A stretch of DNA of 64,000 nucleotides from the NCBI GenBank assembly GCA_041862375.1, contig JBGVTE010000141.1:6465-70464 (forward strand). Direction: 5' to 3'. The stretch comes from Candidatus Aminicenantaceae bacterium. Lineage in GTDB: Bacteria > Acidobacteriota > Aminicenantia > Aminicenantales > Aminicenantaceae. Position numbers and translations under genes: made by a program. The notes beneath the pieces are model-generated. The model searched no databases, was not told where the DNA came from, and was given only the letters and a program-made list of their open reading frames with translations. Below, one piece after another: positions 37,545 through 47,681 of this stretch. The number at the start of each line of letters is the position of its first letter. Position 1 is the first letter of the stretch.

Positions 37545-38466
37545 TTTCTTTTCCTCCTAGTAAAAGGTAGAGAACTGCCATCCTTACCGCAATCCCGTTT
37601 TCAACTTGCTTAAGGATAACTGATTCTGCAGAATCAGCCAATTCTGTTGAAAGCTCGACACCTCTGTTAACGGGACCCGGATGCATAATTATGGCATTCT
37701 TTTTGGCTCGTCTGAACCTTTTTTTTGTTAAGCTGTAAAGATTCCTGTATTCCCGAATGGATGGAAAATAATTTTTTTGCTGTCTTTCTAGTTGAATTCT
37801 GAGCATCATGATTACGTCTGCACTTTCTACAGCTCGATCAAAGTTGTAGTCAATCTGAACTCCGAAATTTTTGAATTCCTCAGGAAGAAGCGGAGGAGGG
37901 CCAACAAGAACTACACGTGCCCCGAGCTTTTTAAGAAGAAAAATGTTGGATCGAGCAACTCGGCTGTGTAGAATGTCACCCACAATTACAACTTTCAATC
38001 CTTCGATACTTTTTTTTTCCTGAAGAATAGTAAAAGAGTCGAGAAGAGCCTGTGTAGGATGCTCATGAGCACCGTCTCCAGCATTAATTATGTTGCTACG
38101 GCAAAATGTAGATATGAAGTAGGGAGTACCGGCGCAGGAGTGGCGGATGATTAAAGCATCGGGATTCATAGCCTCCAAATTTAATACAGTATCTTTAAGG
38201 CTTTCTCCCTTAACCGCACTACTTGTCTGCCGGTTGAAATTAACAATATCTGCACTCAGTCTTTTTGCTGCCAATTCAAAGGAACTTCGAGTCCGAGTGC
38301 TTGGTTCAAAGAAGAGGTTTATAATCGTTTTTCCTCTTAATATTGGAACTTTTTTTACTTCTCTAGTTGAAATTTCAAGAAAAGATTCGGCTGTTTTCAA
38401 TACTGTCATTATTTCTGATGCGGCTAAATGCTGGATTCCCAGAAGGTGTTTATGCTTGAATGCCAC
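37528..38466 (-). CDS. pyrB: aspartate carbamoyltransferase catalytic subunit
   Basis: '[13 protein letters not shown]' and 'HPTQALLD'. Confidence 0.95.
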   Translation of the reverse strand: MAFKHKHLLGIQHLAASEIMTVLKTAESFLEISTREVKKVPILRGKTIINLFFEPSTRTRSSFELAAKRLSADIVNFNRQTSSAVKGESLKDTVLNLEAMNPDALIIRHSCAGTPYFISTFCRSNIINAGDGAHEHPTQALLDSFTILQEKKSIEGLKVVIVGDILHSRVARSNIFLLKKLGARVVLVGPPPLLPEEFKNFGVQIDYNFDRAVESADVIMMLRIQLERQQKNYFPSIREYRNLYSLTKKRFRRAKKNAIIMHPGPVNRGVELSTELADSAESVILKQVENGIAVRMAVLYLLLGGKESEATD

Positions 38467-38475
38467 CTATTTCTC

Positions 38476-39030
38476 CTATTTCAATCCTGAGGGCTCTGTA
38501 ATGAGCACTTCATCGCAGTTATCGTATTCTTTTAGTTTTACTTGAACAACTTCTCGCTTTGAAGTGGGAAGAAATTTTCCAACATAATCCGCTCTTATGG
38601 GTAATTCCCGGTGTCCTCGATCAATCAGGACCAGAAGTTGAATTGTTTTCGGACGACCTAGGTCAATCAGACTATCCATAGCTGCTCTTATTGTTCTTCC
38701 TGTAAAAAGCACGTCGTCAACGAGAAGAATATCTTTTTTTGAAACAGAAAAATTTATTTCTGTTTTTCTCACCATATGCTGAGCTTCAAGCTCAGAAAAA
38801 TCGTCTCTGTAGAGGGTAATATCTAGAACTCCTACTGGGATATCTACTTTTTCTAAGTCCTTTATTAATTTTGAAATTCTCTTCCCTAAGTAAATGCCTC
38901 GTGTTCTTATGCCGACAATGACTACATTTTTCAGTTTACGGTTGCGTTCTATAATTTCTGTGGTCATCCGATGGATCGCTCTTTTAATTTTGCGGGAATC
39001 CATGATTCTTGCCTTTATTTTTTCTTCCAT
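38476..39030 (-). CDS. pyrR: bifunctional pyr operon regulator / uracil phosphoribosyltransferase
   Basis: PRPP motif 'LLVDDVLFTGRTIRAA'. 184 aa, located upstream of pyrB. Confidence 0.9.
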   Translation of the reverse strand: MEEKIKARIMDSRKIKRAIHRMTTEIIERNRKLKNVVIVGIRTRGIYLGKRISKLIKDLEKVDIPVGVLDITLYRDDFSELEAQHMVRKTEINFSVSKKDILLVDDVLFTGRTIRAAMDSLIDLGRPKTIQLLVLIDRGHRELPIRADYVGKFLPTSKREVVQVKLKEYDNCDEVLITEPSGLK

Positions 39031-39271
39031 GAATTGCTCCTACTAGAGAAATCCCTTCTTTAAGGAAGGAGAACTTATTTTTTCTATAAGAAAATGCTAT
39101 ATATTTGGAAAAAAGTCAAGAAAATAAAAAGCGTAGTAAACATTCCCAAAGACATTTTTACCGCGGAAAATGAAATGCCTCCAAAAGCGTATAGAAAAAT
39201 AAGGTCTTTCTGAGATAAAATATTGAATCTATCGAGGTGCTTAGTCAAAGAGTAGCAGAATATTTGAGTTA

Positions 39272-40216
39272 CTAAGCTGTTGAATGTGAAGAATTTTTTT
39301 TTAATTTGAAGTAGTTAAGTGCTTCCTTTAAATCCTTTTTTATCTGTAAAGACAGCTCTTCAGTTGTTTTAAATCTTATCTCGTTCCTGATTTTCTTAAT
39401 AAACCTCAGTATAATTCTTTTTCCGTACAGGTTTTTATTAAAATTTATGATATAGGATTCAATCTGAATCTCTTCCTGGCCAAAAGTTGGACGATACCCG
39501 GCATTAGTAACGGATGAGTATTTTTGTGAGTTTAATGACACTTCAGATATAAAAACTCCCAAGGGAATGATTTCATTCTGGGTTTCGATATTTGCTGTAG
39601 GAAAACCGAGAGCTTTGCCTCGGGCTTCTCCTTTTATTACTTTTCCTTCTACCTCGTAGCATCTTCCCAGTAAAGAATTTGCTGCTTCTATTTTACCTTC
39701 GTAAAGAAGACTTCTGATGAGACTGCTGCTTACAGTTCTCCCGTTTCTTGTGACAGATGGAATCTCATGGACTAGAAGGCCCATTTTTGAACCCAAAGTC
39801 TGAAGTGTGGTGATGTCGCCTTCTCTATTTTTACCAAAATGAAAGTTCTCTCCAATAACTACACCTCTTGCTTGGAGAGTGTCAATGAGGATTTTTTGGA
39901 TAAAGTCACGACTTGACAGGTTGGAAAAGTTCTCATCAAAGGGAGTGACAAGGACACCACTAACACCAAAATTTTCGATTGTTTCTAGCCTTTGGTCTAC
40001 AGTTTGAATCATCTGTATTTTACTTTTTCCAAGTATTTTTTCTGGGTGAGGTGAAAAGGTAAGAACTAGAGAGAAAAGATCATTTTTTTTAGCTTCATCA
40101 ACAAGGAATTTGAGGATTTTTTGGTGTCCCAAGTGGACACCATCGAAATTTCCTATAGTGATAATTGTATTTTGGGAAAGAGAAGGAAAATTCTCGAGCC
40201 CTTTTATGGCTTCCAT
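39272..40216 (-). CDS. ribF: bifunctional riboflavin kinase / FMN adenylyltransferase
   Basis: 'GNFDGVHLGHQ' and 'GFPTANI'. Confidence 0.92.
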   Translation of the reverse strand: MEAIKGLENFPSLSQNTIITIGNFDGVHLGHQKILKFLVDEAKKNDLFSLVLTFSPHPEKILGKSKIQMIQTVDQRLETIENFGVSGVLVTPFDENFSNLSSRDFIQKILIDTLQARGVVIGENFHFGKNREGDITTLQTLGSKMGLLVHEIPSVTRNGRTVSSSLIRSLLYEGKIEAANSLLGRCYEVEGKVIKGEARGKALGFPTANIETQNEIIPLGVFISEVSLNSQKYSSVTNAGYRPTFGQEEIQIESYIINFNKNLYGKRIILRFIKKIRNEIRFKTTEELSLQIKKDLKEALNYFKLKKNSSHSTA

Positions 40217-40220
40217 GAAT

Positions 40221-40544
40221 TCATAACTTGATTATCTTTGCTTTTTCCATGTAGATCATTTTTAACTGGTGGAGGCTTGCGCTCAAAAATTTTTCTTCAT
40301 CTAGTTTTAGATTTCCCTTTGTCCTATCCTTTAAAAGGTCAAGAAGATCTATCAATCGCTTGGCAAATTCCAGGTTTACTTCATTCTTCTTGGTTATCGG
40401 ATCTTCAGCTTGGCCGAGTTTTATTAAGGCTTGAGTAAAAAAGGGGAAAGCAAGAGAGCTAAAATCTAATGGAGGAAGGAATTCTTTTTTTTCTTCAATT
40501 TTTCCTTTCTTTGCCTTCTGATTTTTTCCTTTTTTTTCTGTCAT
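40221..40544 (-). CDS. DUF1844-like small protein
   Basis: Lys-rich N-terminus, then 'LDFSSLAFPFFTQALIKLGQ', 'IDLLDLLKDRTKGNL' and 'LHQLKMIY', resembling DUF1844. Confidence 0.5.
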   Translation of the reverse strand: MTEKKGKNQKAKKGKIEEKKEFLPPLDFSSLAFPFFTQALIKLGQAEDPITKKNEVNLEFAKRLIDLLDLLKDRTKGNLKLDEEKFLSASLHQLKMIYMEKAKIIKL

Positions 40545-40848
40545 TAATTACCCCTTAATGGAATTTTCCTCAGAGAGTCCAGATTGAAATTTATCTTTGC
40601 TTACGTTATTGTTATTAAATTGATAAAAAATCTTACAATTTTCTCTCATAAAATTCAAGGGAGCATGGTTATTTCGTTTTCCATTACGAAAGGAATCAGG
40701 ATGGATCAGGCTGAGTGTTTTAAATCCTATGCTCGAGTTTCTCTCCAGGCGGTTTTCTCAATCACCTCGCTTGATTCATTTTTATTTGTTGCAGACAATA
40801 TGCTTTCCTTTCATGGAGTTGAGAATGCTTTCCGGAGGAGATGAGAAG

Positions 40849-41637
40849 ATGAAAAATGCAGAGAGGGCAGGAGAACAATTTGGGCAATTAGTCCATCTCA
40901 TTGAGACTTTACGTAGCGATAGGGGATGCCCCTGGGACAGGGAGCAGGATGAGAGATCGATAGTCAATTATTTTTTATCTGAAGTCTATGAAGCAGTAGA
41001 GGCGGTTACTGTTGACGACCCCGTTTCCCTGGCCGAGGAACTCGGGGACATACTAATGGAAATAGTTTTTTTAGCTCAAATCTATAGAGAGAGGAGTAAG
41101 TTTTCTGTTGTTGATGTTTTAAAAGGAATTAATAAGAAAATGATTCGCCGGCATCCCCATGTTTTTAGTGATACAAAAAAAGCAACTGCAAGAGAGGTTT
41201 ATGATGGATGGCTAAAGAGCAAAAAGGAAGAGAAGAAGCGAGAATCTGTATTTAATGGTTTCCCTAAATCAGCTCCTTCTCTTCAGGCTGCTTTTCAGAT
41301 GGGGATGCTTGTTTCACACTATGGTTTCGATTGGGGTAAACCTTTAGATGCACTTCAGAAAGTGAAGGAAGAAATTTTTGAATTGGAAAGGGTAGTTGAA
41401 TCACTCGATAGAAAGCAAATATCCCAAGAAATGGGAGATGTCTTCTTTTCTCTGGCTAATGTGGCTCGTTTACTCGGTATAAATCCTGAAATTTGTTTGA
41501 GACTTTCCAATAAAAAATTCATTAAAAGGTTTAAATACATAGAGAAGAAATTGAAAGAAGAAAAAAAAGAGCTAGGTGAAGCAAGTTTAGAAGAGATGGA
41601 CAAAATTTGGGAAGAATCTAAGGATAACATAAAGTAA
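40849..41637 (+). CDS. mazG: MazG nucleoside triphosphate pyrophosphohydrolase; start trimmed
   Basis: 'LRSDRGCPWDREQ'. GGAGGAG at 40834-40840 lies 8 nt before ATG 40849. The 40 upstream codons of the track ORF have no MazG counterpart. Confidence 0.85.
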   Translation: MKNAERAGEQFGQLVHLIETLRSDRGCPWDREQDERSIVNYFLSEVYEAVEAVTVDDPVSLAEELGDILMEIVFLAQIYRERSKFSVVDVLKGINKKMIRRHPHVFSDTKKATAREVYDGWLKSKKEEKKRESVFNGFPKSAPSLQAAFQMGMLVSHYGFDWGKPLDALQKVKEEIFELERVVESLDRKQISQEMGDVFFSLANVARLLGINPEICLRLSNKKFIKRFKYIEKKLKEEKKELGEASLEEMDKIWEESKDNIK

Positions 41638-41742
41638 ATCCTCGCTTTTAATCATAATGTCTCCATTTGAATTAGCGTGCTTGTTCTGAACGCTTTTCAA
41701 GTCCATCTCTTGTCTTTCGTAAATTATTTTATTATTCACTGC

Positions 41743-42838
41743 TCACGCGCAGCTTTTTCTCCTGAGAAGGCTAGCTTTAATAAATTCATCAATATCCCCA
41801 TCAAGTACTCTATCTACATCCCCGATTTCGACTCTCGTACGAAGGTCTTTTACCATTCGGTACGGATGAAGGACATATGAACGAATCTGATTTCCCCAAG
41901 CGATATCAGATTTTGAATCACTAATTTTTTCAAACTTTTCTTGCTGTTTTTTCTTTTCCGATTCATAGAGCCGAGCTTTAAGAACCTTCATGGCTGAAGC
42001 TTTATTTTTGTGCTGGGATCTTTCATTCTGACATTGCACAACTATCCCTGTGGGAATGTGAGTAATTCTTACTGCTGAGTCTGTGACGTTGACATGCTGC
42101 CCACCTCGGCCAGAAGAGCGGAAAGTATCAATCCGCAAATCTTCAGGATTTATCTCAATTTCAATATCTTCTTCAATCTCAGGGTAAACAAAAATGGCAG
42201 CAAAAGAGGTATGTCTTCTTCTGTTGGCATCAAAGGGAGATATCCTCACAAGGCGGTGAATCCCTGATTCTTGACTCAATTGCCCATAGGCATAATCTCC
42301 ATCTACTCGAACGGTAACGCTCTTCAGACCGGCTTCTTCACCCGGAAGAGTATCAAGAATTTCAATTTTATACCCCTTCCTCTCAGCCCATCTCAAATAC
42401 ATCCTCAAAAGCATCTGGGCCCAATCTTGGGATTCAGTTCCTCCTGCACCTGGATGAATGGTAAGAATAGCGTTTAGGGAATCGTCCTCTTCAAAGAAAA
42501 GTGTTTGAAGTTCTGCTTCAGCAAGCCTCTTTCCAAAATCTACAAGAACCTTGTTTATTTCTTCTTCAATACTCTCTCCTTCATTTTCCAGCTCAATGAG
42601 AACTTCGAGTTCTTCTTTTTTTTCTTTAAGCTTTGTATAGAGTTCGACATCTCGTTCTAGCCTTTTTTTTGTTTTGAGGAGGGCTTGGAGTTCTTTCTGA
42701 TTTTGCCAAATTTCTGAGGATAAAAGTTTTTTTTCTATACCCTCAATTTCTTTTTTCTTGTGAGAAAAGTCAAAGAAAGCCTCTTAATTCTTCGAATTTG
42801 AAGAAGTATTCTTGGATTGTGGCTTCTGTTTCTTTCAT
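41743..42838 (-). CDS. prfB: peptide chain release factor 2, expressed through a programmed +1 frameshift
   Basis: ORF0 'MKETEATIQEYFFKFEELRGFL' ends at CTT TGA C. The +1 frame continues 'DFSHKKKEIEG...HPGAGGTESQDW...SPF...SGRGGQHVN' into track ORF 41743-42414. Confidence 0.93.
42769..42784 (-). promoter_or_regulatory. RF2 autoregulatory +1 frameshift site (AGAGG-N-CTT TGA C)
   Basis: The minus strand reads AGA GGC TTT CTT TGA C. An SD-like AGAGG lies upstream of the slippery CTT and the in-frame TGA. Confidence 0.9.
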
Positions 42839-44355
42839 TTTTTTCTTTTTATTACAGCAAGAATAAAGAATATTATTGTTAAAGTCAAGCTTACGAGAGG
42901 AAGTACATCACCGAGTTGTGTATATATTGATTTTTTTGTTGAAGGAGTGATGTCCCCGAGTATAAAAGTCTGGGTCATAAGTTCAGATTGAGAAAGGATT
43001 CGACCATAGGGATCGATAATACCGCTGATTCCTGTTGTGGCTGCTCTTAAAAGATAGCGTCTGTTTTCAATGGCTCTGAGCACTGCCATGGAAAAATGTT
43101 GATAGGGAGCAGAGCTTTTTCCGTACCAGCCATCATTGGTGATAGTAACAATAAAGTTTGCTCCAATTTTAGAGAATTTTCGTACAAGATTGGGAAAGAT
43201 TATTTCATAACATATAGGAGAACCGAATGTTAATGTTTTGAACTGGTGGAGAATGTGTTCATTGCCAGGCGTTATATCTCCGATAGCGTGAGTCATTTTT
43301 TCTATAAAGAAGAATATTTTTTTATAGGGAGTGTATTCTCCGAAGGGGACAAGGTGCATTTTATAGTAGTGGTTAGCTGACTGGCCTGGACCTAGACAAA
43401 TAGCAGTGTTGTAGTAGGAAGTTTTTTCTTCGGTGATATTTGTTTCATTAGTACCGAGGACAAGTGTACAGCTTGTATCTTTGACAAATTTAAACAGTTT
43501 TTCCTTAAAGTTGACGTAGATTCCTTCAGGACAGCTAAAACAGAGTGGGACAGAAAATTCTGGCCAGATGATTAATTCGGCTCCTCTCTCAAGAGAATTT
43601 CGGCTAAGTTCAAGATGTTTGTTAAATAGCTCTGATATTTCTTGTGTCGATATCTGATCCCAGTAGATATCAGAAGAAACATTTCCCTGGATAACAGAAG
43701 CTTTGAAGGTAGTTTTGTCAGGAGATATCTCTTTAAGGCTTAAAAGCCCTCCCAGATGAATACAAAGGATTAGGCCCAGGGCTACAAAGAAAGGATATCT
43801 TTTCCTGAATTTAATTGAGAAAATGAACATACTTTGGAGGAGGACAAGGAAGAACGAAAGGCCGTAGACTCCAGTAATGGAAGCAAGTTGGATGAAATAA
43901 ATGTTTCTATACTGGCTGTAGCCTAAAAGGCACCACGGGAAGCCAGTGAAAGCATAGGTTAAGATATATTCCATCGAGACCCAAAGGAAAGGAATGAGAA
44001 GGAAGACGATTTTGGGAAAAGACCTATAGAGTTTTGTTAAAAGAAGAGAAAAGAAAGCCCAAAGAAGGCCTAAAAAAAGCACTAAGAAAATGTATATGAC
44101 AAAACTAAACCCAAGAGAAAGATTCCCGTAATGTGCAGGAACGTAAGGTATCCAATAAAGTAGTAGTGCATAGTAAGTGAAACCCGCGAGCCACCCTAGA
44201 AGAAAAGACTGTTTTGGCTTTTTTTCTAGGAGGATAAACAGAAGAGGGATTAAAGAAATCCAGCCGAAAAAGGAAAGATTAAATTTTGGAAAAGCAAGAG
44301 AAGTGAAGGCTCCACTCAAAAGAGCCAAGAAAATTTCATATTTTTTTATCTTCAA
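42835..44355 (-). CDS. lnt: apolipoprotein N-acyltransferase
   Basis: Polytopic N-terminal half plus a CN-hydrolase domain ('AELIIWPEFS', 'GSPICYEIIF'). Its stop overlaps the prfB start (ATGA). Confidence 0.88.
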   Translation of the reverse strand: MKIKKYEIFLALLSGAFTSLAFPKFNLSFFGWISLIPLLFILLEKKPKQSFLLGWLAGFTYYALLLYWIPYVPAHYGNLSLGFSFVIYIFLVLFLGLLWAFFSLLLTKLYRSFPKIVFLLIPFLWVSMEYILTYAFTGFPWCLLGYSQYRNIYFIQLASITGVYGLSFFLVLLQSMFIFSIKFRKRYPFFVALGLILCIHLGGLLSLKEISPDKTTFKASVIQGNVSSDIYWDQISTQEISELFNKHLELSRNSLERGAELIIWPEFSVPLCFSCPEGIYVNFKEKLFKFVKDTSCTLVLGTNETNITEEKTSYYNTAICLGPGQSANHYYKMHLVPFGEYTPYKKIFFFIEKMTHAIGDITPGNEHILHQFKTLTFGSPICYEIIFPNLVRKFSKIGANFIVTITNDGWYGKSSAPYQHFSMAVLRAIENRRYLLRAATTGISGIIDPYGRILSQSELMTQTFILGDITPSTKKSIYTQLGDVLPLVSLTLTIIFFILAVIKRKK

Positions 44356-44408
44356 ATTCTAATACAGTTTTTTTCTGCTTTTTTTTGACTGTGACTTAAG
44401 CTTCGACC

Positions 44409-44936
44409 CTAGCCCTTAATTATGAAATAGTCTTTTCTCTTCCTAGAGGATGATTGCAGTTTTGTTTTTATTCTAGCTGCTTCTTCTTTAGTAGCATATC
44501 CTCCAATCCTTACTCTATAAGTTGGCTTTTTGTCTGTAGTGAAGGGCTCCGAGACAAGGCATGGATATCCTTCTTTCTTGAATTGATCAGCTAGGGATAA
44601 TGCGGCTTCTTTGTTACTAAAGGCGCCCACTTGGATATAGTATAGATTCTCTGGCTGAACTTTTTGCTTTTTTGCTTCTTCCTTAAATTTTTGGTGAGAT
44701 TCTAATTCTTTGCTAATTAAATCCTTTTGTTCTTGAGCAGGAACGGGCTTTTTTTCCTCTACTTGAGTTACCTCTTTAGGAGAAGATACACCTGATGTAG
44801 CCGTTATTTGAGCTTGCTTTTTCCCAACTGATACTCCGAGAAGAAATATGATTATACATACAACGAGCATTCCTAAAAAAATAAAGACAAGTAGAGAGCT
44901 TGAAATCTGAAGTTCTCTATAGTTTTTTTGTCTCAC
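44409..44936 (-). CDS. SPOR domain protein with one N-terminal transmembrane segment
   Basis: '[26 protein letters not shown]' and '[21 protein letters not shown]'. Confidence 0.8.
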   Translation of the reverse strand: MRQKNYRELQISSSLLVFIFLGMLVVCIIIFLLGVSVGKKQAQITATSGVSSPKEVTQVEEKKPVPAQEQKDLISKELESHQKFKEEAKKQKVQPENLYYIQVGAFSNKEAALSLADQFKKEGYPCLVSEPFTTDKKPTYRVRIGGYATKEEAARIKTKLQSSSRKRKDYFIIKG

Positions 44937-45703
44937 TTTTTGCTTGCTTCAGACTTTTGCTTTACATAAGTGAAAGCTTTCAGTAAATCAAGAGGCAAAG
45001 GGAAAATAATAGTGGAATTCTTTTCCGTGGCTATTTCTGTTAGAGTGCCCAGAAACCTGAGTTGTAGAGCTTGAGGATTGGTAGAAATTATATCAGCAGC
45101 TTTGGTGAGTTTATCAGAAGCTTGATATTCGCCCTCTGCGTGGATGATTTTGGCTCTTTTCTCTCTCTCCGCTTCAGCTTGTTTAGCAATCGCTCTCACC
45201 ATGCTATCAGGCAAATCAACATGTTTCATCTCGACGAGCTGAACTTTGATTCCCCATGGATCTGTGTGCTTGTCGATAATTTCTTGGAGCTGTGTATTGA
45301 GTTTTTCTCTCTCTGAAAGAAGCTCGTCAAGTTCAACTTCTCCGAGGACACTTCGAAGGGTTGTTTGAGCAAGCTGAGAGGTGGCGAAAAGGTAGTCCTG
45401 AACTTCAATGATTGCTTTCTGCGGGTCCATGACTCGAAAATATACTACAGCATTAACTTTTACAGAAACATTGTCCTTAGTGATAACATCTTGAGGCGGA
45501 ATATCCATAACAACAATTCGCAGACTTACCCTAACCATTCGATCAATAGGAGGGAAGACAAAGATCAAGCCGGGCCCTTTTGGTTTAAAAAGGACGCGAC
45601 CCAAACGGAATATAACTCCTCTTTCGTATTCCCTCAAAATTTTTATCGCGTTTAATAAATAGAGAACCACGAGAACGGCAATAATAACTGGAAATGTTAT
45701 CAT
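44933..45703 (-). CDS. SPFH/band-7 (stomatin-like) protein
   Basis: '[25 protein letters not shown]' and '[17 protein letters not shown]'. Confidence 0.88.
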   Translation of the reverse strand: MITFPVIIAVLVVLYLLNAIKILREYERGVIFRLGRVLFKPKGPGLIFVFPPIDRMVRVSLRIVVMDIPPQDVITKDNVSVKVNAVVYFRVMDPQKAIIEVQDYLFATSQLAQTTLRSVLGEVELDELLSEREKLNTQLQEIIDKHTDPWGIKVQLVEMKHVDLPDSMVRAIAKQAEAEREKRAKIIHAEGEYQASDKLTKAADIISTNPQALQLRFLGTLTEIATEKNSTIIFPLPLDLLKAFTYVKQKSEASKK

Positions 45704-45911
45704 TTTTACCTCCTTCTCTCAGGCTTTGTGTCTGTATGTAGCTTGAGAGCTTGAGAAGAATTTATATTCAAAAAATTTAAATCGAATTTTAATTGTTGTC
45801 TTACTTTTATAAAGGGTAGATTTTTCATAAATTTTAAAATTCTTTCTTAACTAAGTACAATCTTTATATGTACGCAGGTTATACTTTTCCCTGAAGATTC
45901 CTGCTGTCCTT

Positions 45912-47189
45912 TTATGTTTTAGTTACGCGGATTTTTAAGTTCTTCATCACTTCTGTTATCTTTACTTTTGCACCCTTTGGAATATTTTCACTTGCTTCTG
46001 CTTCCCATATTTCACCGTGAACAAAAACTTTCCCTTCAGGATTGAGATCCGTCTGGGCAATCCCTATTTCTCCGAGGAGTCCTTCTTTTCCTGTAAATGC
46101 TTTTTTCATATGAGCCCGGATGGCCAAAACAATTAAAAATATAAAAATAAGTGAAATGCCGACAGCGACGGGAATGATAAATTTCAAGCTTGGCTTCAAC
46201 TCAGGTATGGGCGCGTCTACAAGCATGATAGATCCAATGACCATGGCAGTAATTCCTCCTATAGACAGAATTCCGTAGCTCTGCACTTTCAACTCAAGAA
46301 TGAATAAGCCTATAGCTAATAAGATTAATATTAACCCAACATAGTTAATTGGTAGAATCTGGAAAGAAAAAATTGCTAGGAGAAGACAAATCACTCCAAT
46401 AACTCCAGGCAAAATGGAGCCTGGATTAGAAAATTCGAAATATAAACCTAGCAGTCCCAGCATTAATAGGATGTACGCAAGATTTGGGTTTGAAATTGTG
46501 AGCAAAAATTTCTGTCTTGCTGACATCGGGATCTCGACGATTTCCTCTCTCTTTAGGTCGAGAGTGGTTTCTTCTCCGTTAAACCTTTTGATTGTCTTCC
46601 CGTGGAAGTAGTCAATAATTTCCTGTTCATTTTTAGCAATTAAATCTATGAGATTTTCTCTAAAGGCTTCTTTTTCAGTGTAGGACATACTTTTTCTGAC
46701 AGCATCTTCGGCTAATTTGATATTCCTTCCCCTTTTTTCTGCCAGAGTTTTTATATATGAAGCTGCATCATGAGTGACCTTTTCTTCCATGGTTTCATCC
46801 ATTTGTTGGCCGGTTATTGAAATTCCCACAGGGTGAGCAGCTCCTGTGTTTGTTCCTGGAGCCATCACAAATATATCGCAGGCAATAGCAATGAAAAAAC
46901 CTGCTGAGGCAGATCGAGCTCCACTCGGACTCACAAAGGCTACTATAGGAGTTTTTGAGCTTAGAATTTTTTCTATGATTTCTCTCATGGAGGTATCAAG
47001 TCCCCCTGGAGTGTTAAGAGACATGATGACTAGGCTGGCATTTTCTCTCTCTGCTTTGTCAATAGTATTACGAATGTATTCTGATGTTATGGGATGGATG
47101 GGAGCATTAACATTTATTTTAAAGATAGAGGCATGTACTGTCAGAGGAATGATTAGCACAAGTAAAAGGATTAATATATTTTTGCTCAT
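45912..47189 (-). CDS. NfeD-family membrane-bound ClpP-class serine protease
   Basis: 'VIMSLNTPGGLDTS', 'SAGFFIAIACD', transmembrane segments and a C-terminal OB-like tail. Lies upstream of the SPFH gene. Confidence 0.85.
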   Translation of the reverse strand: MSKNILILLLVLIIPLTVHASIFKINVNAPIHPITSEYIRNTIDKAERENASLVIMSLNTPGGLDTSMREIIEKILSSKTPIVAFVSPSGARSASAGFFIAIACDIFVMAPGTNTGAAHPVGISITGQQMDETMEEKVTHDAASYIKTLAEKRGRNIKLAEDAVRKSMSYTEKEAFRENLIDLIAKNEQEIIDYFHGKTIKRFNGEETTLDLKREEIVEIPMSARQKFLLTISNPNLAYILLMLGLLGLYFEFSNPGSILPGVIGVICLLLAIFSFQILPINYVGLILILLAIGLFILELKVQSYGILSIGGITAMVIGSIMLVDAPIPELKPSLKFIIPVAVGISLIFIFLIVLAIRAHMKKAFTGKEGLLGEIGIAQTDLNPEGKVFVHGEIWEAEASENIPKGAKVKITEVMKNLKIRVTKT

Positions 47190-47297
47190 CTGACCTCATT
47201 ATAAGAAGTATCTATTGGCAAGTCAATAATTTATCTTGACTTTTTATTTTCAATAAATTAGTTATAATGTATACTTAACGAATTAAAGGAGATAGGG

Positions 47298-47567
47298 ATG
47301 ATTAAGAATGATATTGCCCTTACCATTGAAAAGAAGTCTGAATTCAATAGGGCAAAATCATTATTGATCGTTGAAAAAATTCTTGATGCGTTTAAAAAGG
47401 CTCTAACAAGAGAAGAAAAAATTGAAATCAGAGGATTTGCCAGTTTTAAAGTTGTACCTAAAAAGACAGGTTTTGGAAGGGATATCCGCCGAAATAAACA
47501 GATAAAGATTAAAAAGGGAAAAAGACTTAAATTTCGACCAGGTCAAGAATTGAAAAAAATACGTTAA
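47298..47567 (+). CDS. HU/IHF-family DNA-binding protein
   Basis: 'IEIRGFASFKV' and the beta-arm region. 89 aa. Confidence 0.8.
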   Translation: MIKNDIALTIEKKSEFNRAKSLLIVEKILDAFKKALTREEKIEIRGFASFKVVPKKTGFGRDIRRNKQIKIKKGKRLKFRPGQELKKIR

Positions 47568-47681
47568 GGATTGACTTTATTCCTTGCCTTTTTATTCTCA
47601 ATTTCTTTTTTCCATTAAAAACAGGAGACAGTAAATACTTTTTTTAAAAAGAACCTGTTAGGATATGTAATTAATTAGTTG

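Noticed and set aside
39031-39271. Possible PyrR-binding attenuator upstream of pyrR
   Set aside because: I looked on the minus strand for the PyrR box (roughly ARUCCAGAGAGGYU) and for a terminator/antiterminator pair. Only a weak 5-bp hairpin (CCTTC...GAAGG) is present, with no box.
40584-40848. 86-aa ORF, plus the first 40 codons of the 40729 ORF, upstream of mazG
   Set aside because: No MazG-like sequence precedes 'MKNAERAGEQF'. A strong GGAGGAG sits in front of ATG 40849, and the region is the divergent promoter spacer.
41672-41697. Candidate intrinsic terminator after mazG (AGCGT-11 nt-ACGCT-TTT)
   Set aside because: The stem is only 5 bp, the loop is 11 nt and the T-run is short, which is too weak to call. 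A similar weak hairpin after the HU/IHF-family gene (47566-47595) was also not called.
45741-45756. Short tandem GCTTGAGA GCTTGAGA upstream of the SPFH gene
   Set aside because: Only two 8-nt units, within chance expectation, and no further structure.
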